From: a virus
Lineage: Duplodnaviria; Caudoviricetes
Reading direction: 5' to 3' (one strand)
Length of the DNA stretch: 64,000 bases
IMG/VR virus record: IMGVR_UViG_3300044471_000009
Coordinates: 1 to 64,000 of that record
Positions 15,998 through 24,966 of the stretch are shown here, piece by piece. The notes under the pieces were generated by a model. The model had not been told where the DNA came from, searched no databases, and saw only the letters and a program-made list of their open reading frames with translations. Within the stretch, counting starts at the first letter, position 1. Every line of letters begins with the position of its first letter. A program made the position numbers and the translations under genes.

Positions 15998-17299
15998 ATG
16001 ATAAGGATTGTGCGAAGCGGCACCGGGTTGCAGGCTCACGGGTCAAGAACAATCCTCCAGCCTTGCCCTACGATTATGGCCGGAGGATTGGGAGGCGGAA
16101 ACTGCTCTCAATACTGGCTGGAAGATGATGGAATGCAGATGCCGATAGAAAAAAATAATAAGCCTGAATACCGCGTTCTAAGCATGGATGAAATTCGCGC
16201 TTTGCCGTGGAACGGGTTCAATGCCGTCTCGACATTCAGTGGATGCGGCGGGTCGTCGACTGGCTACAGAATGGCCGGTTTTCGCGTCCTGTGGGCATCT
16301 GAGTTTATAGATGCAGCAAGGGATTCGTATCGGGCAAACAAGGCCGACTACACCATTCTTGACGGGCGCGATATTCGGCAGGTCACCGCCTCTGAAATCC
16401 TCTCAGCTATCAAAATGCAGCCGGGAGAACTTGACTTGTTCGACGGCAGCCCGCCTTGCGCATCGTTCTCAACCGCTGGAAAACGTGAGGCCGGATGGGG
16501 CAAGGTTAAGAAATATAGTGACAAGTCCCAGCGAACCGATGATTTATTTTTTGAATACGCAAGGCTGATCAAAGGGATTCAGCCTAAAACATTCGTTGCC
16601 GAGAACGTGAGCGGCCTTGTCAAGGGGACAGCAAAGGGATACTTCCTTGAAATACTGGCCGCGCTGAAGGCTTGCGGCTATAAGGTATCGTGCCGTGTTC
16701 TTGATGCTCAGTGGCTTGGAGTGCCGCAATCAAGGCAGCGAACCATCTTTGTTGGTGTTCGTGAAGACTTAGGCGTTGACCCGGCGCACCCGAAGCCGCT
16801 GCCGTATCGCTACAGTGTGCGTGATGCATTGCCGTGGATTGTAGCTGTTGGCGACAACGGGGGATTTGGAAAAGGGGCTATGCGTTCGGCTGAATCAGCA
16901 GCGTCGGCGACAATCGGAGCAAGCCCGCAAACAGGGAACGGCAAGTTCCCGCCTTCGCTGGTCGAGGCTGTGATTTATGACATTGGAGGCTCGTTTGCGT
17001 CGGCGCAGCCTATCACGAACGCCCCGTGTCCGACTGTGTGTTGCGAAACCTCGCAATCCCATTATCTTGTTCGTGGAAAAGGAGATAAAGATACTTTTAC
17101 AGCTCATGCGCCTGACGGGGTAGAACGCCGCAAATTCACCATCGCTGAACTCAAGCGCATTTGCGGCTTCCCGGATGATTTTATCCTGACTGGAACCTAC
17201 GCTCAGCAATGGGAGCGCCTTGGCCGTGCCGTCCCTCCTGTCATGATGTCACATATTGCGGCGACTGTTAGAGATGAGATGTTGAGGATGTTGAAGTGA
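15998..17299 (+). CDS. C5-cytosine DNA methyltransferase-fold enzyme with Arg in motif X (predicted carboxymethyltransferase)
   Basis: Motif I FSGCGG, IV GSPPCASFS, VI AENVSGL, VIII PQSRQR; motif X is LGRAVPP instead of GN[AS]V. Confidence 0.9.
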   Translation: MIRIVRSGTGLQAHGSRTILQPCPTIMAGGLGGGNCSQYWLEDDGMQMPIEKNNKPEYRVLSMDEIRALPWNGFNAVSTFSGCGGSSTGYRMAGFRVLWASEFIDAARDSYRANKADYTILDGRDIRQVTASEILSAIKMQPGELDLFDGSPPCASFSTAGKREAGWGKVKKYSDKSQRTDDLFFEYARLIKGIQPKTFVAENVSGLVKGTAKGYFLEILAALKACGYKVSCRVLDAQWLGVPQSRQRTIFVGVREDLGVDPAHPKPLPYRYSVRDALPWIVAVGDNGGFGKGAMRSAESAASATIGASPQTGNGKFPPSLVEAVIYDIGGSFASAQPITNAPCPTVCCETSQSHYLVRGKGDKDTFTAHAPDGVERRKFTIAELKRICGFPDDFILTGTYAQQWERLGRAVPPVMMSHIAATVRDEMLRMLK

Positions 17300-18108
17300 C
17301 ACTGGCGACTGATTTTAGAAATGTATTCGTTCGTGCGGTAGGTCAAGATGCCAAGCATTCTCTTTTTCTTTCTGGCGGAGTTGACAGCGCAACAATCCTT
17401 GCGGCGCAGCTTCACCTTGGAAACAAACCTGATTGCTACTCCTTTAGATTCGGAGATTATCCATCTGAAGACAATCTTGTGGCAAGACAGATGGCTGCTG
17501 CGTTTGGCCTTCGATATGTCGAGGTCGCTGTTCGTCGAACAGCGGAAGCTATGATTGCTGACGCAAAGGAAGCTATCGCGCTTGGTGGGAGTTATTTAAA
17601 AACACATGTTCATGTAGGAATCCCGTTTCTTTACCTCTGCCGGGCGTTAAAGGGTGATGGTGTAGATGCAGCTCTCTTTGGAATGGCGGCTGATGATCTA
17701 TGGGGGTCAGGAAGACACGCAAGAATTGCCGCATCAAGGGGGCCTGATGAATTTCGCAAATTTAGACTGAATAAAATAACCGACACATCGCAGTCAGATT
17801 TTTCTGTCCTACGTCTTGCATCCAGTCTTGGAATTTCTCTTTATGATCCATACAGAAACAATGATGTAATAAAGCTGATGCTTAATGCTGGTTTCAATGA
17901 AATGCACAAGCCGCGTGACAAAGCACTCGCGCTTTCTGCGTTTCCTGAGTTTTGGCAGCATGGCAAATGGTATCGTCCAAATAAATCACTGCAAGTTGTG
18001 TCTGGAATCCGTGCTGCACATGATACGCTGCTGAAAGACCCTGCTATCAATACCGGCAGGCATCGCGCCATAGTAGGTCTGTACCATAAGCTGGCGAATC
18101 ATCTATGA
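17296..18108 (+). CDS. Asparagine-synthetase-like ATP-dependent amide ligase (synthetase domain only)
   Basis: PP-loop LFLSGGVDS; LFGMAADDLWG (cf. GEGADELFGG); no Ntn glutaminase domain. Confidence 0.8.
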   Translation: MTLATDFRNVFVRAVGQDAKHSLFLSGGVDSATILAAQLHLGNKPDCYSFRFGDYPSEDNLVARQMAAAFGLRYVEVAVRRTAEAMIADAKEAIALGGSYLKTHVHVGIPFLYLCRALKGDGVDAALFGMAADDLWGSGRHARIAASRGPDEFRKFRLNKITDTSQSDFSVLRLASSLGISLYDPYRNNDVIKLMLNAGFNEMHKPRDKALALSAFPEFWQHGKWYRPNKSLQVVSGIRAAHDTLLKDPAINTGRHRAIVGLYHKLANHL

Positions 18109-18782
18109 ACGAGACAACCTTTAGCATCCCTGCCGACTGGACATTCAACCGCCCGGACATAGCAGCAGGGTTTGACAAGCATGTCCGGGAGCAGCTTCCT
18201 TGGTATGATTTAGCCACAGGAGCGGTTGCGCATATAGCCAGGCACTTCCTTCCTGAAAACGGGCTGATTTACGACATAGGGGCCAGCACCGGCAATATCG
18301 GGGAAGCGTTGGGAGACAGCATTGCAAGCCGCAATGCGCGTATGGTTGCCGTGGAGAAGTCTGCCGAGATGGTTGCCTGTTATCGCGGGCCGGGTGAATG
18401 CGTCGAGGCTGATGCGTTGACCTTTGATTTTCAGCCGTGCGACGTATGTGTCTGCTTTCTGGTTTTGATGTTTATTCCTGTCTCGGAGCGGGCCGCCTTG
18501 GTGGAAAAGCTCGTGAAGTCTGTCCGGCCCGGCGGCGCACTTATTATCTTCGATAAGACTGAATATCGGGGCGGCTACCTGTCAACCGTGATGCACAGGC
18601 TGACGATAGCAGGAAAAGTGGCTACAGGATGCGACCCTTCTCAGATAATCAGGAAGGAGTTGAGCCTGTCTGGGACACAGAGGCCGCTGTCTGTCGATTT
18701 CATTGAAGGATTTGACCCGAAAATGATTGAGGTTTTTCGTTTTGGTGAATTTGCTGGGTGGATTATAGAAAAACATGCCTGA
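18105..18782 (+). CDS. cmoA: CmoA-like carboxy-SAM synthase / class I SAM-binding protein
   Basis: WTFNRPDIAAGFDKHVREQLPWYD and IYDIGASTG resemble CmoA (WTFD..VA..F..M..RS.PGY, VYDLGCS.G); FLVLMF; PGGALIIFDK. Confidence 0.8.
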   Translation: MNETTFSIPADWTFNRPDIAAGFDKHVREQLPWYDLATGAVAHIARHFLPENGLIYDIGASTGNIGEALGDSIASRNARMVAVEKSAEMVACYRGPGECVEADALTFDFQPCDVCVCFLVLMFIPVSERAALVEKLVKSVRPGGALIIFDKTEYRGGYLSTVMHRLTIAGKVATGCDPSQIIRKELSLSGTQRPLSVDFIEGFDPKMIEVFRFGEFAGWIIEKHA

Positions 18783-19125
18783 ACTCATAACGCTTACAGA
18801 CAAGCAAATAGCTCAGATTGAGGCGTTGGCGCAGTATCTAACGCTTGAGCAGATAGCAGACCATCTTGGAATTTGCCGCAAAACTCTTTTGAACAAGAGA
18901 AATGAGCATCCTGAGATTGAAGCCAGTTACAGAAAGGGGAAAGCAAGGGCTATAGCGTTTACGTCCAAGAGCTTGATGAAAAACATTGCAGCCGGGAAAG
19001 AGGCGAGCATAATCTTTTTCTTGAAGACGCAGGCCGGATGGAAAGAGAACAAGGATACTGGCGATGACGATGACGATGCTCTTGAAAGACTGACAAGCGC
19101 ACAAGATGACGCGCTCGGCAATTGA
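18775..19125 (+). CDS. terS: Terminase small subunit
   Basis: N-terminal HTH (LEQIADHLGICRKTL), ASIIFFLKTQAGW; immediately before terL. Confidence 0.85.
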   Translation: MPELITLTDKQIAQIEALAQYLTLEQIADHLGICRKTLLNKRNEHPEIEASYRKGKARAIAFTSKSLMKNIAAGKEASIIFFLKTQAGWKENKDTGDDDDDALERLTSAQDDALGN

Positions 19126-20375
19126 TAAAATTTAGCGAAAAACAGATTGCCGTCATCCGGGAGATAGAGACAGGCCACCGTATCAATGCGCTTATAGGGC
19201 CAACGAGGTCTGGGAAGAGCCATATAGTAAACCACTTGCTTCCTCGGCGAGTCAGAGAGATGGACGGCAGGGCTGGCTTGCGAATGCTGATAGCGAAGAC
19301 ACTCGGAAGCGTTGAGAGCAACATCCTCATTCCATGCAGAGAGATGTTCGGCGTGAAGCGTGTCAGCAGGATGCGGATGCAGAGCGGCCTTATGGTTGCA
19401 CAAGTCTTTGGCAGGGATTTTGTCTGCATGGGCGGCGACAACATAAGGGCCGTTGACAAGTTACGCGGAAAAGCTGTATGTTATGCGTTGGGAGATGAAG
19501 TTGTAGAGTGGCCTGAAGAGCTTTGGGAGATGTTGAAGACACGTATGCCAAAAGCGTACTGCCGGGCAGACCTTACAGGGAATCCGCGAGGGCCACAGCA
19601 CTTTTTCAAAAAGTTCCTTGATAGGGCTAAAAACGAAGGGCTTGATGTCTATGCGCCTTCTTTCAGTATTGATGATAACCCTACGCTGACTGAAGATGAG
19701 AAAGAGCATCTTCGCAGGTCTTTAACAGGCCTGTGGTACAAGAGGCTAATACTTGGGCTTTGGGTGGCAGCAGAGGGCGCAGTCTATGACATGCTTGATG
19801 AGAATCACCATCATGTCCGCGGCCCGGCACCACGCTTCAGGAACTACTGCCTTGGCGTTGACTTTGGCCTGACACATCCTACAGCGGCTTGTCTGCTCGG
19901 ATGGGACAGGCCAACCGAGGTTTTTCAAGTAAGCGAGTGGGGATACAGCCGAAGGGAAGGTGAAGAAACGTGGACGGTGCAGCGGATTGAGCAGGGCATT
20001 TCCGGCTGGTTAAGTTCTCTTGGAATCACAGGAGAGATAGACACTTACCTTGACCCTTCAGCAGCAGCGTTTAAGGCTCAATTGCGGGCTGCTCAGGGCA
20101 AGATAAGCTACAGGCTTCTTGCGACTGATAACAGCCAAGCAGACGGCCTTCCGTTCATGCAAACGGCATTCACTGACAGACGGCTCAAGCTGTACATTGA
20201 TCATTGCAAGCGGACGTGGGAGCAGCTTTGCGGGCTGGCATGGGATGGCAAGGCGACTGAAAGAGGAAAAGATGCGGTTGTCAAGAATGATGACGACTGG
20301 CCTGATGCGCTGAGATATGCGTTTTACAGCAGATTTGGAAAGAAAATGGCCCGTGCAATGGATTTGAACTTATGA
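19122..20375 (+). CDS. terL: Terminase large subunit (PBSX-like)
   Basis: Walker A GPTRSGKS, Walker B ALGDEV, TGNP motif, nuclease GVDFG and DDWPDALRY. Confidence 0.95.
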   Translation: MIKFSEKQIAVIREIETGHRINALIGPTRSGKSHIVNHLLPRRVREMDGRAGLRMLIAKTLGSVESNILIPCREMFGVKRVSRMRMQSGLMVAQVFGRDFVCMGGDNIRAVDKLRGKAVCYALGDEVVEWPEELWEMLKTRMPKAYCRADLTGNPRGPQHFFKKFLDRAKNEGLDVYAPSFSIDDNPTLTEDEKEHLRRSLTGLWYKRLILGLWVAAEGAVYDMLDENHHHVRGPAPRFRNYCLGVDFGLTHPTAACLLGWDRPTEVFQVSEWGYSRREGEETWTVQRIEQGISGWLSSLGITGEIDTYLDPSAAAFKAQLRAAQGKISYRLLATDNSQADGLPFMQTAFTDRRLKLYIDHCKRTWEQLCGLAWDGKATERGKDAVVKNDDDWPDALRYAFYSRFGKKMARAMDLNL

Positions 20376-21793
20376 GCGAAGTCAACAGCAGCATCAAGTT
20401 TGCATCACCTGAAAGAGACGCTTGGCTTTCCAGCACACTTCTCTCAAGGTCTCTGTTTGCTGGCAGCGAGGCGATGCGGTCGCAGGGGACGTTGTTTCTG
20501 CCGCAAGGAGCTTCCGAATCTGATGCTGAATACAAACAGCGAAAGGATGACAGTTTTCTTATCCCGGCCTATAAAAAGGTTGTTCAACTCTTGGCTGGGC
20601 AGGCGTTCAAAACAGACGTTATTGTTGACGCTGACGGGGTGTTTAAAGAGATAGCAAAGCAGCCGTCAACAAATGACGATAGCCTTACAAATTTTTGCAA
20701 GAAGAGTTTCGAGAGAGACCTTGTTGATGGTTGCAATCATATTCTTGTTGATGCGCCAACCCCATCCGAAGAAGACCCTCCTGAAGGTCGCCGCCCCTTC
20801 TTTAGGTCTATATCTCCAGAATCAATATCTGCGGCAGTTTATGATCAAGGAAAACTTGTATGCCTTAAAATTGATGAGAAATTTGAAGAGAAAGAAGGAA
20901 GGTTTTCAAGCAAGCAGCTCAATCAATGGAGAGTCTTTGAGCTGGAATACATGGAAAGCGTCGCTGAAGACGGAACAATAACATACAGCTATGGGCAATG
21001 CAATTGGGAAGTTTGGAGGGAGAGCGGAAGCACTGAGAAACTTTTTGATTCGGGTTATCTTGACATTGATTATATTCCGATAGCATTGTTCAGCGGAGCA
21101 GTTTACGGCGAGCCTCTGCTTTCAGACCTTGCCGACCTGTGCGAATCTCACTGGCAAAGCAACTCAAAGCAGACATATATTATGTCTGCGGCAAGAACTC
21201 CTATTCTCTTCACGAAAAACTTGGAGTTTGAAAAGGAAGTTGATGCCGACGGGAACGAGAAGCCTACCTTCAGGGCATCTTCGAGAAGGTTCCTGATCGG
21301 CGGAGAAGGTTCCGATGCAAAATGGGTAGAAATACAGGGCGGCTCTATAGACGCAGGGTTTAAGCATCTTGAGAAGATCGAGAATGCTATGGAATCATAC
21401 GGCGTAAACCTTTTCTACCGCCCAGAGCAGACAGCCACAGCAAAAGGGATAGATTCAGCAGCATCATACTCCACGCTCGAATCGTGGGCGTTGATCAAGC
21501 AGACTCAGATACAGACTGCGTTTGAGATTGCTGGTGACTTGCTTGGAGTGCCATTCCCGGAAGACGCAGTGCATGTGCAGCGTGAATACCTCGGATGGGC
21601 GCAATCCGCTGAGGTTAGAGCAATGCTGGCAATGCTACTGTCTGGCAACGCAATATCGCCAGAAACAGCATTTAATGCAGCAAAAAGATATGTCCAGCCT
21701 ATCGAGAACGAAGACTGGAAAGATGAAAGCAAAAGGATAGAGAAGCAACAACTAAGTAAAACTTCGGAGGAAGTTGATGAGCAATCTAATTGA
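20372..21793 (+). CDS. Portal protein (DUF4055-like)
   Basis: Follows terL; FLPQ..ESD.EY..R motif; 473 aa. Confidence 0.85.
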   Translation: MSEVNSSIKFASPERDAWLSSTLLSRSLFAGSEAMRSQGTLFLPQGASESDAEYKQRKDDSFLIPAYKKVVQLLAGQAFKTDVIVDADGVFKEIAKQPSTNDDSLTNFCKKSFERDLVDGCNHILVDAPTPSEEDPPEGRRPFFRSISPESISAAVYDQGKLVCLKIDEKFEEKEGRFSSKQLNQWRVFELEYMESVAEDGTITYSYGQCNWEVWRESGSTEKLFDSGYLDIDYIPIALFSGAVYGEPLLSDLADLCESHWQSNSKQTYIMSAARTPILFTKNLEFEKEVDADGNEKPTFRASSRRFLIGGEGSDAKWVEIQGGSIDAGFKHLEKIENAMESYGVNLFYRPEQTATAKGIDSAASYSTLESWALIKQTQIQTAFEIAGDLLGVPFPEDAVHVQREYLGWAQSAEVRAMLAMLLSGNAISPETAFNAAKRYVQPIENEDWKDESKRIEKQQLSKTSEEVDEQSN

Positions 21794-22478
21794 GTGCGTA
21801 AGCGGAAGAATTGATGAGCTGAACGGAAAATTCAAAGACATCATTTTGTCGTCAAGGGATATGTTCGATGGGATTCCGTTCGTGCCATTGGAGCGCGAGG
21901 CTGCCAGCAGAAAATGCACCACTATTATCAAGGATATTGAATTCAAGCGTGGCTATTCGTTAGATTATGATACATTCTTGACATTCTTTAACGATGCTGC
22001 CCACAGCGTTGCCAGTTGTATCCAACGCGGAATTGCTACCGGAAGTGGATTTGCGCCAGATATGAACTCATTTCAGTCGATATGCGAAGAAAACCAGCTC
22101 ATGGTTCAGAAGCCGCATAGCAAGGCAAAAGCGCGTAGCTGCATCAATTACCTTGTTTCTGATGTTGTCGACGCGGACTTTATAGTCGCAAACAAGAGAA
22201 AGCTGCGTGACGCTGGATTTTCAACCCCGTCGGTGGATAACCGGCAGTATGTATGCGGTGCCGAGGTGTTTGAAAATGCTTTTGCGGGAGACTCTGTTTA
22301 CGCCGGAAAGTGGGCCAAAGACGGCAAAGATGGATTGGCTATCATCTATCCAAAGGATACCATGACATGCGTTGAGCTACTTGAACCGGAAAGCGAAGAG
22401 CCGGTAGTGAGATTGAAGATGTATCTAAACCTCGCCATGTTTGGCGAGAACAATATTTTCCGCATGGACGGATTTTAA
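21774..22478 (+). CDS. Shorter paralogue of the major capsid protein
   Basis: AAHSVASCIQRGIATGSGFAPDMNSFQSICEENQ aligns to capsid KAKSVGRKIRTGIAVGSGVVPEMNSMHTLCDASQ; C-terminal strands also align. Confidence 0.8.
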   Translation: MMSNLIECVSGRIDELNGKFKDIILSSRDMFDGIPFVPLEREAASRKCTTIIKDIEFKRGYSLDYDTFLTFFNDAAHSVASCIQRGIATGSGFAPDMNSFQSICEENQLMVQKPHSKAKARSCINYLVSDVVDADFIVANKRKLRDAGFSTPSVDNRQYVCGAEVFENAFAGDSVYAGKWAKDGKDGLAIIYPKDTMTCVELLEPESEEPVVRLKMYLNLAMFGENNIFRMDGF

Positions 22479-22493
22479 GCCAAGGAGGAAGTA

Positions 22494-23258
22494 ATGGCGA
22501 CGTACAAAGTGAGTGAAGACGGAAGCAAGGTTTTTGCTGTGACTGATAACGGGGACGAACAAGAGCTTCACGACCCTCTGGCCCTGAAAGCAGCCTATGA
22601 TAAGTCAGAGGCAGACAGGAAAGCCCTGAAAGACGAGGCCGCAACGTACAGGAAGGGCAAGGCCGAGGTCAACAGTCAGCTCGAAGCTATCAAGTCTGCA
22701 CTTGGAGACCGTAAAATTGAGGATGCTGTAGCTGCCCTTGAGTCTGTTTCTCAGCTGTCAGATAAGCATCAGCTTGACCTGTCAAAGGCCACAAACTCTT
22801 TGAAAGAGCAACATGCCAAGGCGTTGACGGCCATTGAGCAGGCCAAAAACGAGGAGATTAAAAAGGCCAAAGAAGAGGCTGATGAGTATCGCAAGAAACA
22901 TGCTTATGTCTTGCATAACAACCGCGTTGTCAACTCACAAGTGCTGGCGAAGACAAGGTACAGCGACAGCATCGGGCGAAATGACGCTTACAGCAAGTTT
23001 GAAAAGCACTTCCGCGAAGATGGAACTTACGTTGACCACAACGGCGTTCAAATCATGTCGATAAAGCGTCCGGGCCAGCCAGCGGACTTTGATGAAGCTA
23101 TATCCGAAATAATCAACGCGCACCCTGAAGCTGATTACATTTGGACGAAACCTGAAGCAAGGGGTTCTGGTGGACATTCGGCTTCAGGCGGTGTGCATTC
23201 ATCGAAAAGAACCTCTCAAGAAAATATCAAAGCAGGTCTTTCCAACCTGAGAAAATAA
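22494..23258 (+). CDS. Capsid scaffolding protein
   Basis: Coiled coil, GSGG near the C-terminus, position before the capsid gene. Confidence 0.8.
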   Translation: MATYKVSEDGSKVFAVTDNGDEQELHDPLALKAAYDKSEADRKALKDEAATYRKGKAEVNSQLEAIKSALGDRKIEDAVAALESVSQLSDKHQLDLSKATNSLKEQHAKALTAIEQAKNEEIKKAKEEADEYRKKHAYVLHNNRVVNSQVLAKTRYSDSIGRNDAYSKFEKHFREDGTYVDHNGVQIMSIKRPGQPADFDEAISEIINAHPEADYIWTKPEARGSGGHSASGGVHSSKRTSQENIKAGLSNLRK

Positions 23259-23262
23259 TTTC

Positions 23263-23459
23263 TTGACATGGCGAATAAATAGTTGTATCCTGTATTTTAG
23301 GATATACCAGTTCACGGGCAGGTGTCTTTGAACTGAAAAAATAGTGAGCCGGAAAACGTTCTAAGGCAGGAGTCAAGGAGCGGGTTGTTCGGCGTTTCGC
23401 AGGTGCGGCACTATCACGATATGCTTAATTGCATTTCTGTGATAGTGCCGTTTTTTTTT
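23263..23459 (+). promoter_or_regulatory. Promoter plus structured leader ending in a terminator before the capsid gene
   Basis: TTGACA-17-TATCCT (23263-23291); stem 23406-23417/23439-23450 plus T9. Confidence 0.7.
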
Positions 23460-23482
23460 GCTCAAAAAAACAAGGTGAAAAC

Positions 23483-24424
23483 ATGGCATCAATGACTCTT
23501 GCCGAGTTTATCAAACGCAGCCGCGATTCCCTGATTACCGGCATCGCACAGGACATCTACACAACCGACCCGATGTATGACTACATCCCTTGGATTCCTT
23601 ATATCGGTTCCGGGGCTACATACAATCGAGAGACGGTCATGGGTGATTCTCAGTACGCCACCTATGGCACAGCAATCACTGCAAAGGCCACCTCTACTGT
23701 AACTCCGGTTCTTTATCGGGGCATTACTGTTGTTGGAGACGCTGAAATCAACAAGCAGCAGGTTGCTGAAAGCGGCGGAGATGGCGGTGACTTGATCGTT
23801 TCCGAAGTGTCATCAAAGGCAAAATCTGTCGGACGTAAAATACGCACTGGAATTGCCGTAGGCTCTGGTGTTGTGCCAGAGATGAACTCTATGCATACGC
23901 TCTGTGATGCAAGTCAATATGCCACTTCAGTAGCGGGTGGAGCTGCGCTGTCTTTCGAGCGAATGGATGAGCTGGCAAATCTTGTGAAGTCCAAAGATGG
24001 TTTTGTGGACTTCTACGTTGCAAGCGGCCGCGAGATGCGAAAGATCAGATCATTGTATCGCGCTCTTGGCGGTGTCCCCATGATTGATGTGCAGCTCGGA
24101 GACAGAACGTATAAAGTGCTTGAGTTTAACGGCGTTCCGATCTTCCAGAATGACTATCTGTCAACCACTGAAACCGACAGCGGCGCAGCCCTTGTCGGCG
24201 GAACTCAGTCTTCGATGTATGCCGGAGTCTGGGATGACGGAAGTCAGAAAATCGGGGCCGCGTTGATTTACCCTGCCGCAACAGACAGCATGGGCATTAA
24301 TGTCGAGCAAATCGGCTCGAAAGAAGGATATGACGAGGAAGTTTACCGTGTTAAGTTTTACGGAAACTTCGCGTTGTTCAATCGTCGCGGACTCGCTCGT
24401 TTGCCGGGCATTTCAGGAGTGTAA
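23483..24424 (+). CDS. Major capsid protein (HK97-like fold)
   Basis: MTLAE...YNRE N-arm/E-loop pattern, FNGVPIFQND, RVKFYGNFALFN...ARL; position after the scaffold. Confidence 0.9.
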   Translation: MASMTLAEFIKRSRDSLITGIAQDIYTTDPMYDYIPWIPYIGSGATYNRETVMGDSQYATYGTAITAKATSTVTPVLYRGITVVGDAEINKQQVAESGGDGGDLIVSEVSSKAKSVGRKIRTGIAVGSGVVPEMNSMHTLCDASQYATSVAGGAALSFERMDELANLVKSKDGFVDFYVASGREMRKIRSLYRALGGVPMIDVQLGDRTYKVLEFNGVPIFQNDYLSTTETDSGAALVGGTQSSMYAGVWDDGSQKIGAALIYPAATDSMGINVEQIGSKEGYDEEVYRVKFYGNFALFNRRGLARLPGISGV

Positions 24425-24426
24425 TT

Positions 24427-24720
24427 ATGGCTGAAAATACCGAAACACGCCGGACAGCCGGTAATGTTGAAACCATTGCATCTGCTGTGAAAGCAGCTTC
24501 CGATGCAGAAAATACTGTAAAGCTGTATTCCGATTGCTACGTTGGGGAGTCCATGACTCAGCACTATCTTTACGGAATCAAGGCAACGCTGACCAAAGAG
24601 GGATTTCCTTGCATTGACGCTCCACCGTCTTTGGTTAAGGCTAATAAGGATCGCAACTACCCACTGCTTGATGATTCTGGCTATGAGAAGCTGCTTGAGC
24701 GCATTGCCAAGGCCAGATAA
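24427..24720 (+). CDS. Hypothetical head-associated protein
   Basis: ORF track; position. Confidence 0.6.
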   Translation: MAENTETRRTAGNVETIASAVKAASDAENTVKLYSDCYVGESMTQHYLYGIKATLTKEGFPCIDAPPSLVKANKDRNYPLLDDSGYEKLLERIAKAR

Positions 24721-24966
24721 ATGAGCGCAGCGGAGATTGAAACGATGGCTAAAAAAGGAGCTGACAAAAAGATGGTTCTGCTCAAGCCTATCGTGATTCC
24801 AGCGGGAACAGTTTTTAGCAAGGCTCCCGTGAGAAGCGAGCGCATTGGCGATGGGCATTACAGTCATGTGTTCGGGCTTTCACCTAATACATCAGGTGAA
24901 ATATGCTATTTCCTTGGTGAGGAAGATTTCCAACTGAAAGAGTTTTTCGCTGAGGTGAAAGGGTAA
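24721..24966 (+). CDS. Hypothetical protein
   Basis: ORF track; abuts both neighbours. Confidence 0.55.
   Translation: MSAAEIETMAKKGADKKMVLLKPIVIPAGTVFSKAPVRSERIGDGHYSHVFGLSPNTSGEICYFLGEEDFQLKEFFAEVKG

Noticed and set aside
17296-18108. QueC / 7-deazaguanine pathway
   Set aside because: Has the SGGxDS loop but lacks the QueC C-terminal Cys zinc motif; no FolE/QueD/QueE/DpdA-like genes seen.
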